49,608 nt of DNA from Intoshia linei. Its lineage: Eukaryota; Animalia; Orthonectida. The notes below the pieces were generated by a model. It saw only the letters and a program-made list of their open reading frames with translations. It ran no database searches and had not been told where the DNA came from. Positions 1 through 12,264 of the stretch are shown piece after piece; position 1 is the first letter of the stretch; each line of letters starts with the position of its first letter. The stretch is taken from the NCBI GenBank assembly GCA_001642005.1, contig LWCA01000132.1, forward strand, positions 1 through 49,608, given 5' to 3'. The translations under genes and the position numbers were made by a program.

Positions 1-1369
1 TATATACATAATTTTTAAATGATGTATGAATTTACCAACTTTGTATTAAATAAATTTAGATTATTACTGAATTATTAATATGAAAATACAATTAAAATAT
101 TATCAAATTTTATTTTCTATGTGTGTGTCAGTGTGTTACTTTTTATTTAACAAATTGACATTCATAGAATTTACACAAACCCAATTTCTATATAGTTTTT
201 ACCAGGACGTGTTTATATTTATTTTTCAGTTTCCGAATTTGAGTCGTTCAAAGTCAAAAACCCAATTTTCCATTTTTTTAAAAATAAAATCAGCCGAAAA
301 ATGTAATAAAACATACATTTTGGGACGCGTTTCAAAATAATTAACATTGTCGTTAATCTCAGCTTCAGAAACGCACACCTTCATGGTCAAAATCACAAAT
401 TACCTATTAAAATGAAACTTGTACTAAAATTTTATAAAACACTAGGTTGGATGTTATATACGTCGTACAAACAGCACATAGTTCTTCCGAGGGCGGACAT
501 TTTTAATTCTACTAGAAAAATAAATTCAATAAGAAAATCTAACTTAAAAATGCCATTATTCACTTTTATCAATTTTTTAAATGAGTGATTCTCAAACTTG
601 TTTTATAATATATTAAAAATTATTTTTCACCGGGAATGCGTAGATTTTTGAGGTTCACATTTTGTATTTATATCAACTATATTACAATCATCAACTGTGT
701 GAACTATTTTTATAATTATTATCATAATACATGTATATATACATAAGCATAAGTATATTATTATAATGTATGAACATCAAAATAATCAACTATACTATAC
801 TACAACTATAATATAGAATAAGCCGTATCAGAATATTTTTTTTTTTTAATTGTAGGGCTATTAATTATTTTAAATTTGTTTATATTTTCAAAATTTTACA
901 AATAAAATAGTTTCGTAATAAAAAAAATGAATACTCATACTAATAATACTAAAATGCTTTTTTATCATAAATGCGTCACTTTGTCAGATTTAAATTTATT
1001 GTGTGTATTCACTGGATTTTTTTAAATGCTAGGACTATATTTATTTTTTAAAAAAAGGGCAATCTGGGTTTTGACGACCCTGAAGAACTCAATTTCTGAA
1101 ATTTAAAAATAGATATAAACACGCCCTGAGAAAAACTGTATTAAAAATTAATATATTTAAAGGTTAATATTTTAAGGTAAATTAATATAAAGTATATATT
1201 AGTAATAATCAAATGTATTTTGAATTAAATTATTCAATTTTAAATAAATTACCTCTGCAATTATCTGGTTTGTATATGCATTCTTTACAAACGGTTTCAT
1301 CTGAAAATGCATAGACACAACCTATATTTATAATTAGTAAATACACAATACAATACAGTAATATATGTT

Positions 1370-1767
1370 CAGTCAGACCTCTCAATATCGGCATTTTGGT
1401 TTTTCGATATTTATGGCGGTATTGAGGGTTTGGTGTTATTGAGAGTATAAAGTTGTAGCGAATAGATCATGGATACGGTTACTATGTATTAATAAGCATT
1501 CATTTAGTAAAATAATGATAACATGAAGTTCCTTCATCCAATAAATGCGTTTTTATATTTATTTGTTTATAAATTTAAGGTTAGGTTAGTTATAATTAAA
1601 ATTAGATTAATAATTTATATAATATTGGTTTATATTAAAACATTTATGATTTTAAATTAAGGATTTAACTCATTTTAATCAAATTTTGTTTTTTTAAATA
1701 TTTTAAAATTGTGGCGGTGTTGAGGGGTCGCTGTAATGAGAGTTTGCGTCATTGAGAGGTCTGACTG
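1370..1767. mobile_element. Tc1/mariner-superfamily (pogo-like) MITE
   Basis: Perfect 17-bp TIR CAGTCAGACCTCTCAAT, TA on the right flank, and repeated subterminal GGCGGT(A/G)TTGAGG..TGAGAGT motifs. Confidence 0.8.
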
Positions 1768-2529
1768 TATATATAAATTACTTTTACAGATATTATTAAC
1801 ATTTCTTCCTTGAAATTTAGGGCAAGCTAAAAAAATATTATTTTTTACGACTTTTATGTATTTGTATATTTAGAAAACAGAATGTTTACAACATATTCGT
1901 TTAAGAAAATTGAATGTATGAGTCAAAAATTTAATTTTCACATTGGACGGGAGTCGTTGGAAATTGTTATAATACCGTTTATGATTAATTATCTTAGTGC
2001 ACCAGCAAGGCAATTAATGATGTTTTAACGATGTAATTGATGAATATCGTAATGAAAACATATTCATTTATATCATAGAAATAGATATAACAGACACTAA
2101 CAACTAGATTTATCATATTGAGAAACAAACATAAAATTCGGTCAGTCAATGAATTTAAATAATCTCACGTATCCTTAAAATTAATGTCACTCTATATATG
2201 AAATTTTCAACGAAATCATACCCATTTTAATAAATGATATCAGTGTACACAATAAAATAATATCCAAAAATATATGTTTCATGATATTGAATTATTTTTT
2301 CCAAATTATACAACAAAATAGTAAACAATGATATGAAATACAAGTTTAAAGCTATGTAAATAAAATATATATTATAATACCAATATTTTAAACTAATATG
2401 AAGTACATTTCTTATTTCTTATCAAATATTTAACTGCGATATGCCATCTATGGAAAATCTATAATTTATTTCAAAATTGGTAAGCTCACCAGCAATTCTG
2501 TTGCAGCATATACATTATGTATATTAGAG

Positions 2530-2978
2530 CAGTGGTTCGCAAATGGGGGATTGGCCCCACATGGGGCCTTCAGAGTCTGAGGGGGCGCAGATTTAAGAAA
2601 AATGTTAAAATTAAATTAGAATTTTTAACATTAATTTGATTTAGTATTTGATATTTAATTAATAAATTCTTGAAATTCGGATTAATTTTGGATTTTAATA
2701 AATTTAAATGTTATTAACCCTTACGAGACAATAATACGTATACAATATATACAAAAAAGAACAATCATTCATTTGCAATGATTTGTATACTAGGGTATTA
2801 CCTATAATAAAAAATGATTTATAACAAAAATAAAACCAATAATATTAAAAGATAACATTTTTTAATGGCTGTTATAATAATATAATAAACATATTTACTA
2901 TTTTATACTAATTGATCTTTTCTAAAAATATTTGTATACTGTTAGGGGATCGACAATATATTTTTTTGGGAAGCACTG
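2530..2978. mobile_element. hAT MITE with a nested truncated piggyBac MITE from 2718
   Basis: CAGTG..CACTG ends and 8-bp TSD TATTAGAG/TATTAAAG (7/8). Internal TTAA|CCCTTACGAGAC is identical to the TIR at 48386. Confidence 0.75.
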
Positions 2979-4719
2979 TATTAAAGTGTCAATTTTTGTG
3001 ACTGATATGTAGATTTATGTATTATAATAATACATTTTGTGTTTTCAACCTTTTTGTGTTCGCGAATAGCGACCCTATTATGAACATAAAAATTTTCACT
3101 ATATTCCAATCATATCATATTTCAAATAGCTAAGACCAATTTTAAATTGTATTAAACAGAATGTAAAAATATTTCCGTAATACTATTACTGTCAATACAT
3201 TATATCAGGCATTCTCAACCTATTTTCGATGTGGACCCTACTATGATATTGGAAAAAACCTGTGGACCCAAAAAAATTTTTAGACATTACATCCTTTATT
3301 TATATATAATTTAATGTGTGTGTTACCGTTTATTTAAAAACATCATTAGCTAATACAGTTTTCCACTGCACTGCATCAATGTATACATCTTTTTCGATTC
3401 TTGGACAGATACTAATGTATACTAATGCTGACAGTCAAATGATTATAATTTATTTGTTAAAAAAAATAAATATAAATGCACTTTTTACTCAGAGACCCTG
3501 ATAAATCAGAGTGTCCAATATGGCTAAAAATGAGCACATAAAAGACCAATCAAGAAAAACAAGGGAATTAATCTTTGTATAATCAAAAAAATATTTTTTC
3601 ACTATTAAATTTTGATCGTTTTTCAAAAACTTTGCTACATTTTATCTCAAATACAAATAGTATATAAATATTTATTACCACAGATAAACCTGGATCTGTA
3701 AAGGGTTTTAAATTCATATGAACTAGGGCAGGTACACAACCTTTCAACCAATTCAGCAGCAAAGCTACTTAACTCATTGATACTACGGCCGCACAAAATT
3801 TATTTTGACATTGAGTAAGTATAAATCCATTTTAACAAAGTGGCCAATGTCAAACATGTAACTTTTTTAATTTGACGTTAAATCGTATATTTGAATGCAC
3901 AATAAAGTTACAAAATTGTTTGTAAAATTGTAATATTAATGTTAATAAAATTTTATTGTAAATGTAAACAAATTACAATGCCAACTTGTAACATGTTTAA
4001 CTACACACATAAATAATAATGTAAATATTGTATCGTATGAAAAATTGAATCGGCCCAAAGAGGTCGATTCTACCATTATTGCGAACCACTACTTAGTACA
4101 GATCCGTATTCTTATTACCAACTTTAAATTTTACTTTGGACCTAAAGTTTAGGTCTAATAAAAGAGTTAATTTTAAATTTTAATATCAGCAACATTTAAT
4201 TTATTAGAGAAACTGGCCAAAGTTGAGAATGTAACTTTTTGATTAAAATATAGATTATCCTTGAATAAAATGATTAAAATTTTCAAATTCAAGTAAAATG
4301 ATATATGCATTATGATTAGGTTGTGCATTTCTTAACTAGTGAAATGTATGATACTTTATGAAAACGGAAAAAATTTAGATTTAAAACAATGCTGACGCGA
4401 GACTATTCAAAATCATTATGTCTGCACTTGTTTGTGGAATTTTGCTGTATTTGACTCATTCACGATAAATCAGGAACATTGTAAATTTGGAAACATGTAA
4501 CGCCACCAGTAAAATATTGTAAACCACAATCCAAGATTTTTTAATTATTTTTATTTTTTATTATTAATTAGTACTGTCATCAGTAACTGATGTGTTACGA
4601 ATTCAATTAAAATTTTGTACTTTGTATTTTAACTTTTTTAAGGTATACAAATTGTGTATTTTAATATATAAATTATCATTAGCATATAACATTCATCGAA
4701 TTTTTAACCTTTTCTAAGG

Positions 4720-5320
4720 ATGTCTAAAAGAAGACAATGAAATAACAGTTACGTAGAATTTGGTTATACCTGTCGTAATGATGTAGATGAAACCGAAAAA
4801 CCTCAGTGCATTTACTTTTCGGTGTTTTATGCAATAATAACATAAAGCCAAACCTCCTACGTAATAATGAAAATATAAAACACTCAAACCTCATTGACAG
4901 TGTTGAAGTTATCTCTCGAAAAAGAAGACATTTCGATATAGGTGGAACAGTTGACAATTTATCATTTCTTCTTAATGTAACAAAATTGTAGAGGCTTAAC
5001 AAAAATGTTGCTTACATGTTTTCTAAAAAAAAAGCATCATACCATCGGAAACGTTGATCAAACCCTGTACTCTTAATATTGCAGAACTTCTACTTGGCGA
5101 AAAACAAAAAGGGCCACTTAAATCAATTCCTTTGTAAAAGCATTAAAAATTTAGCAGAAGTTATCGAAACTTCAAGTTATGCATGAACTTCGAAAAAAAC
5201 TTCGAATTGGACGAATCTACTGATGTGTTTGCAAGATATGTTGTGAATGATAACATTAAGGAGGAATATCTGTTTTGTAAGTCATTAAATAAAACTACAA
5301 GAGAATTGATGTATTCGAAA
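4720..5320 (+). pseudogene. Decayed hAT transposase (Buster/ZBED5/SCAND3-like)
   Basis: MSKRRQ*..YVEFGYT..EKPQC, HHTI-ETLIKPC, LKSIPL and LDESTDVFARYVVNDNIKEEYLFCKSL across frameshifts and stops. Confidence 0.85.
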
Positions 5321-6487
5321 TAAATTATATATTAATAAATTAAAATATTTATAAAATTTTTTACATAGTCCTTTGATTTTTCTAGTGGCCGTTTGGGAAA
5401 TATGTTATATATGATTATAATAGCTTTAAATGTGATATTTGGTGTATTATGCTTAATATCTATCCATTTGTGACTGAAATTGCCTTTGAAGTAATTATTA
5501 CTTTTGTTACAACATAGTGATTTTGTGAGGCTGGATTTTCTATTCTAACAAATTAAAAAAAATGAAAAAAAAATAAATTAAATGTTCGTGCCGGTAAGCG
5601 AGTGAGCCTTTTAAAAACAATGCTAAGCTTTAGCTTACTTCTCAATTCAAAGCAACAATAACGATTACATTAAAATTTATGTAAATAAATTTGTTGAATT
5701 GTTATGTAAAAGTTTTCCGCTACTACTTAATTCGTCTATTTTCTGAGTCTTTAACATAATATTTGAATAGTCTATTTTTGATTAATTAATTTGGTGGTAT
5801 GACCAGGGTTATTACATTTTCCGATATTTTACAATGGAAAATCGATAATATATATGCAACACTGGATATTGCAGTAGTACTTACAAAACTTTTAGTGGAT
5901 ATGATAGTTGACACGTTTTCATTTATATAAAGGTTTGAAGTAAGTACAGACATGGTCATTGAGAGAGTCATACGTCCCGTATCTACAATTATGAGAGACT
6001 ACTTTTTTAATTTATTAATAGGTATTGATGAAAAATTTCTTAAGTATATCATATTTTCGATAATCAATACGATTTCTAATGGTTTAATTTTTAGATAATG
6101 AACGTTCGATTAATTAATGTATAGAGGTCCTTTTTTAAAAATTTTTTATAGGGGCCTATACTTTCTATCGCGCCCGGGCCTTTTGCTGGCTCTCCACGAC
6201 CATTATTATGACCAAATCAGCTTTAATTCTTAAATTGTATCCGTTTAATTTAAGTAACTAGTTAACACTTTATTTATAATTTATATTGTATTCATTGATT
6301 TTTAATCAGGGGTGCACAGTCATTAAGATCAATATTTGGGGGTGCATAGGAAAAAAAATGTTAAGAACCATTGATTTATATAGTGATATACTTTTTTAAT
6401 ATCTTTTATATATGAATGAATCATATAAAGATAACAATTGTAAATAAGTATATATCCATAGTTACAACTATATTATCACAACATTTC

Positions 6488-9400
6488 ATGTCTGCGGAAA
6501 ATCGGAAAAAAGTTACTCATTTATTAAAAATAGAAAAAGGAATTCAAAAAGAATGGGCATTGTCGAAAATACTAGAAACTGATGCTGCTTCTTTTGGTAC
6601 CAAAGACAAACCTAAAAAGTTATAATAAATATTATTAAAATAACATCTATTCAGATTTTTTGCAAATGCTTGTTATCCTTACATGAATGGAAGATTACAT
6701 TTAGGACACGCGTTTAATTATTCAAAACTTGAAGTATTATAAATTATATAAAGTATATAAATGTGCCTAGTTTACGGTCAGGTTCAAAAGATTGGACGGG
6801 TTTCATTGTATGATGCCAATGGCGATGCATTGCACGGGAATACCAATAAAAGTATTTTATCTAATTGGAATTTTTATAAAATTAGGCATGTGCCGATAAA
6901 ATAAAAAATGAAATTGAATTATATGGAAATCCACCCATATTTCCGAACGAAAACCCGCCTGAAAAAGAAGAGAAGAAGCAAGACATTGAACTCAAGTTGG
7001 CAAATTTATCTAAAGGAAAAAAGGTAGTTTAAGATTTTTTTTTTTAAAGTATGTTAGAGTAAATTAGCGGCCAAAACGATCAAATCAGTTTATCAATGGA
7101 ATATCATGAAAGATATTGGATTTTCGGATGATCAAATTGGCGCATTTGCAGATCAAAATCACTGGATTAGTTATTTCCCTTATTATTTAAAAAAAGATTT
7201 ATCCAGAATGGGATGTCATATTGATTGGAGAAGATCATTTATAACTACAGATAAAAATCCTTTTTATGATTCATTTATAAGATGGCAATTTCATTATTTG
7301 AAAAAAAATAACTATATAAAATTTGGAAAAAGGTATACAATATTTTCTCCTAGTAATCAGCAACCATGCATGGACCATGAAAGACAAAAAGGAGAGGGTG
7401 TCGATGCTCAAGAGTACCTAATTGCAAAATTAAAAATAGTCGAGTCACCCAATGCTAAAGTAGCTGAGATATTGAAAAAATATGATAAGGTTTACATGTT
7501 GGCAGCGACACTGCGACCAGAAACTTTGTATGGAATTACCAATTGCTGGGTGGGACCAAAAATTAAATATGGCGTGTTTGAAACTAAATACAATTCGGTT
7601 TTCGTCTGCACAAAGAGAGCAATGGATAATATGTCTTATCAAAATTTTACAAATGTGTTTGGAAAAGTTAATTTACTTCATGAAATTATTGGTATTGAAT
7701 TGGTAGGATCTAAAATTTATGCACCATTGTGTTCGTTTGAAATAGTTTACGTTTTACCAATGATGAATGTTTTGGAAAATAAGGGTACTGGGATTGTATT
7801 GAGTGTTCCTTCTGATTCTCCAGATGATTATGCTACTTTGACTGATTTAATTAAAAAACCTAAATTTGCAGAACAGTATGGAGTTACATCGGATATGCTT
7901 GATTTTAAACCGGTTCCAATAATACGTATTAAAACTTACGGTGACTTATCTGCTATTACACTTTACAATGAATTAAAAATTGTGAGCCAGAATGATACCG
8001 AAAAATTAAAACTTGCCAAGGAAAAATGTTATTTAAAAGGATTCGAAGAAGGAGTAATGCTTCTTGGTGATTTTAAGGGAAAACTAGTAAAAGAAATTAA
8101 ACGAAAAATGTTTGATATGTTGATAGCTAAGGATCTAGCCCATATTTATTATGAACCAGAAAATATGGTAGTTTCTAGAAATGGAGATATATGTGTTGTA
8201 GCACTATGTGACCAGTGGTATTTGGACTACGGCAACCAAGAATGGAAAGATAAAGTAATCAGTTACATTGGGAAAATGGTTATTGCTCCAAGCGAAGCTA
8301 CTAACAATTTTTATGCCACTTTAGATTGGCTTCATGAACATGCTTGCAGTCGATCTTTTGGTCTTGGAACACGGTTGCCTTGGGATGAACAATATGTAAT
8401 AGAATCCCTTTCAGATTCAACTATTTATATGTCATTTTATACGATAGCTGCGCAATTAATGGGTAACACGTTTAATGGAACCGCCGAAAATAATATTATA
8501 GGTATTCAAGCCAATGAAATGACTAATTGTGTGTGGGATTATATTTTCTTGAATGCTGGATATCCTACAACTTGTGGCATAGATAAGAAAAAATTGGATG
8601 TATTGAAAAATGAATTCAGTTATTGGTATGGAGTTGATTTACGTTGTTCGGGTAAAGATTTAATACAAAACCACCTGTGTTACTATATATACAATCATGT
8701 TGCAATGTGGCCTGACAATTCTCAATTTTGGCCTAAAGCTATTAAAATTAATGGTCACTTATTATTAAACAATGAAAAAATGTCAAAATCTACGGGAAAT
8801 TTTATGACACTGGATCAAGCTATAGATAAATATTCCGCAGATGGTATGCGATTATGCTTGGCTGATGCTGGTGAAAGTTTAGAAGATTGTAATTTTACCA
8901 ACGATGGGGGCAATGCAGCTCTACTAAAATTGTATAACTTTGTAGATTGGGTGAAGTGTCACGTTGGGTATATAAATGCACATAAAAACATTAATCTCAA
9001 AGTAATCAATAAAATGCAATACATCGACGAGGTTTTCTTGGCACAAATAAAGAGTCTAGTGATTTCTACTTATGAAAATTATAACAAAATGAACTTTCGA
9101 GATGCTGTTATATGTGGATTTTTTGAATTTCAAAAAATTAAAGACAAATATATTGAAATAAAAAGTGTTAATGTCTCTATCGGTAATATGACACCTGTAA
9201 CTTTAGAACTTCTTAGTAAATTTACTTTAATTCAAATTATTATTTTATCTCCCATTTGTCCACACGTTTGCGAGCATTTATGGAGGCAACTAGGTCAGGT
9301 AATTTAGATAAAATTTGATTGCCTGTATATAGCACCAAAAATAAAATTTTATACATAATTTTAAAGCATAAAACTGTACCCGTGAATAAACCACGAGATA

Positions 9401-10669
9401 TCATTGTAATTACAATGCGTGTGTCTAAACGGGTGGTATTTGGTATTTTTATCTTATTTTGAAAAACGATTGGTTCACAATTTTAAGTTTTACTAACATT
9501 TTTGGTGCTTGTGCATATAAGCCGTAGAATTTTATATTAATTTAGTCCGAAAGCATTTTGCATTCTCGTTGGCCAAACATTACAGGACTAACGAAAAGAG
9601 ATGAGCAATTGCTAGTTGAAAAAGATTATGTGACGAAAGTTATGCATCAATTCAGAATTTCACACAAAACATATCTTAAAACTGTAAATTATTTATTTTA
9701 ATTTTCAATTAGTTTAGAGCAAAAATAGACTTCCAAATTTTGCTACAATTTATACTTCAGTAGATTTTGCAAAATGGCAAAAAGATGTCTTAGAAATTAT
9801 GTTTAATTTTTACGATGAGGTACGTGATTTGTCTCATTTGTTTACGTTTTTAGAAAAAGGGAATTGAATCTTTAGACAACAAAGTTATATCTATGCAAAT
9901 TCTTAAATTGAAAATTTTATCAAATAAAATGATTCAAGTAGCAATGTCATTTGTTCAACTCGTAAAGGTATCTAGTTTATGAAACCATCTATTTATGTTT
10001 TTTAGGATTCACTACTGAAATCTATTAATTTGAATGACTATATCAAAAATGTCTTAAAATTTGAGGAAATGAAAATAATGGACAATTTCAGGGAATATAT
10101 ATGTACTAATTTACAAGTAAATTTAATATACTTTTGATATTTAATTTTAATTTTAGATTATTGATTTTGTAGTCGAACCAATTGTAAATATTCCTGAAAA
10201 ATTCTCTAAGCTAATGTTTAAATGCTGTCCAAGAAGTCCCATTATTCATTATCAAATTAATGTTCAATATTTATGCATTGTGTTTATATTTATTTAGGAA
10301 TATTTTATGATAAATATTTCTAATTTCCAGTCCTGTACTCCCGTCTTTACTATGAAAATTCCTGTTTTCGTATGTGATAAATTGGAAAACATTAAAAACA
10401 GAATAAAATCCAAATTAAACAGAAGTAATAATTGATTATTTATTTTATCATCATTTTTAGAATTAACTAATTTGTATCTATTTTATTACAAGGACGAGAA
10501 ACTTGGTAGTCGAATAAATAAAGGAAACAAAACCAAAGAAGATTTATTTGAACATTTTGTAAACGGACAATTAATTGTAGATATTTCGTCTGCAGAACTT
10601 CGATATAAATCGAATATAAACTCAAACATTGTATATATCGGCACAGAAATGTTATATTCAATTGATTAA
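6488..10669 (+). CDS. LARS1: Cytosolic leucyl-tRNA synthetase, ~12 exons (large exon 7058-9298)
   Basis: Spliced translation gives YPYMNGRLHLGH (HIGH), HCTGIPIKACADK, ATLRPET and GTGIVLSVPSDSPDD (CP1 editing), IESLSDSTIYM and KMSKSTGNF. The C-terminal exons resemble metazoan UNE-L. All introns are GT-AG and ~34-40 nt, except 9299-9545. Confidence 0.97.
9331..9509. mobile_element. Small TIR element inside the only long LARS1 intron
   Basis: 12-bp inverted repeat AGCACCAAAAAT/ATTTTTGGTGCT spans most of intron 9299-9545. Confidence 0.6.
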
Positions 10670-11006
10670 ATTTAAGCAAAAACTCTTGATTCCTTGTATC
10701 ATTTTAAATTTAAAAAACTATAGATACGCATTAAAAATTTTTTTAAACGCCACCCCTGCAGGAATCAAAAAATTTTGTCACCTTCCAAAAAAGATTTCAA
10801 TTTATGTCGCTCCGAACATATATACAGCACCATTAATCTACAAAGAATGCGCCCTAAATAGCGACACTTAATTCGATTCTTTACGTATCACTAAAAACTG
10901 GGATAATGCTTAAAATTATGTATATTAAAAATATCCTTGGATTTGTTTCAACTACGCATACTTAATAAATATAATGATTACAATTTAACTTTATTCTGTA
11001 ATCTGG

Positions 11007-12241
11007 ATGACTAATATACAAAATTTTCTTAATTTGATTACCAAAAGTGTAAATCTTCTTTATAATTATGATACTTATTCCGTTATAGAAGGATGTTATA
11101 CAAATATGCCAAAACTTTACGATTTATTTGAAAAAATCGAAAAATGTACATTTATCTATTCTATTTTCTTATATAGTTCCACTTACTTTTTATAGCTCAC
11201 TTTTGATCAAGAAATAATTGAAAATATAAATAAAACTATATCTCCACTATTTTTGTCTCAATTGGGTAAAATATTTTAATTTTTCTTATATATTTTAGAT
11301 GACCAAAATCTTCATGATGTTATCTGTTTATGCTCTGAAATTATGAATATTAATAAATATACCTTCACTGAAAAACCGAAACATTTTGCAATTTTGTTCA
11401 GTAGAGTTTGCATTGAACTAAAAATTCTGCTTGACTCTGATGTAAAAAAGCTAAATTAATATAAATTATCTTTAGAGAGATCGAAAATTTGCTACACCTT
11501 GTTTCGAAATTTTGGAAAAATCATTCGATCTGCTATGTAACGAAAGTTTTGCGGCAAATTTTATGGAACCTGAATACCATTTTATATTTTTATTTCAACG
11601 CTTAGTAGACGTTATGCACCACGTTGTAATCTTTATTGATAATTCTATCAATAAAAGAATACCTATTTATGTAGATATGAGCCCATTTTTAAATGAATGC
11701 ATCATTTTTTTGTCGAAATGGCTTAAAATTGATACAGAATCATTGGAAAAAGAGCTCTATCAACTATTTCCCAAATTACTCAAATATTGGTTTATTTTTT
11801 ATGTATAAAATTTTAAAATATTTAGTTTCCAACAAGAATACTTAATGAACCAATTGTATAGTGGTATTATATTACGGTTGTTTACGATTATTGATATCAT
11901 CACTCAAAAAGATATTCTTACGCACATACTTACTAATTGGTTATCAATGTACAGAGCAAAGTCTAATTTATATGATCAACCTTGCTTTGATATGATTAAG
12001 CTAATTTGTGAAATACACCAGTCACCACAGTATATCAATCGTATCGTACGTCATAAACTATATCCAGAATTCAAAATTTTAGTCAATGAATTGGTAGAAT
12101 CTAAAGATTTTAAAAGTTGAATTGTTTTATTTTATTTTTATGCATATTTTAGATGAACCAGCTGATAACCAAATTCATTATAATCGATTAATATTTTCCA
12201 TGAGTCAACCTTACACCGAAAACCCAACTTGGTTAAAATGA
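11007..12241 (+). CDS. NCDN: Neurochondrin-like protein (shortened, ~330 aa, 7 exons)
   Basis: PKHFAILFSRVCIELKILLD and FLSKWLKIDTESLEKELYQLFPKLLKY resemble neurochondrin motifs ([42 protein letters not shown]). Six GT-AG micro-introns keep the frame. Confidence 0.6.
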
Positions 12242-12264
12242 TGTAAATTTTTAATTAAATACAT

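Noticed and set aside
80-340. 86-aa ORF (also 3316-3501, 14683-14934, 15137-15388, 32937-33143)
   Set aside because: Low-complexity I/F/K/N translations of AT-rich repeat or intron DNA, with no protein signal.
1051-1130. AAAAAGGGC resembling the U11 snRNA 5' end
   Set aside because: No further U11 similarity; it looks like a MITE end (..CACGCCCTG).
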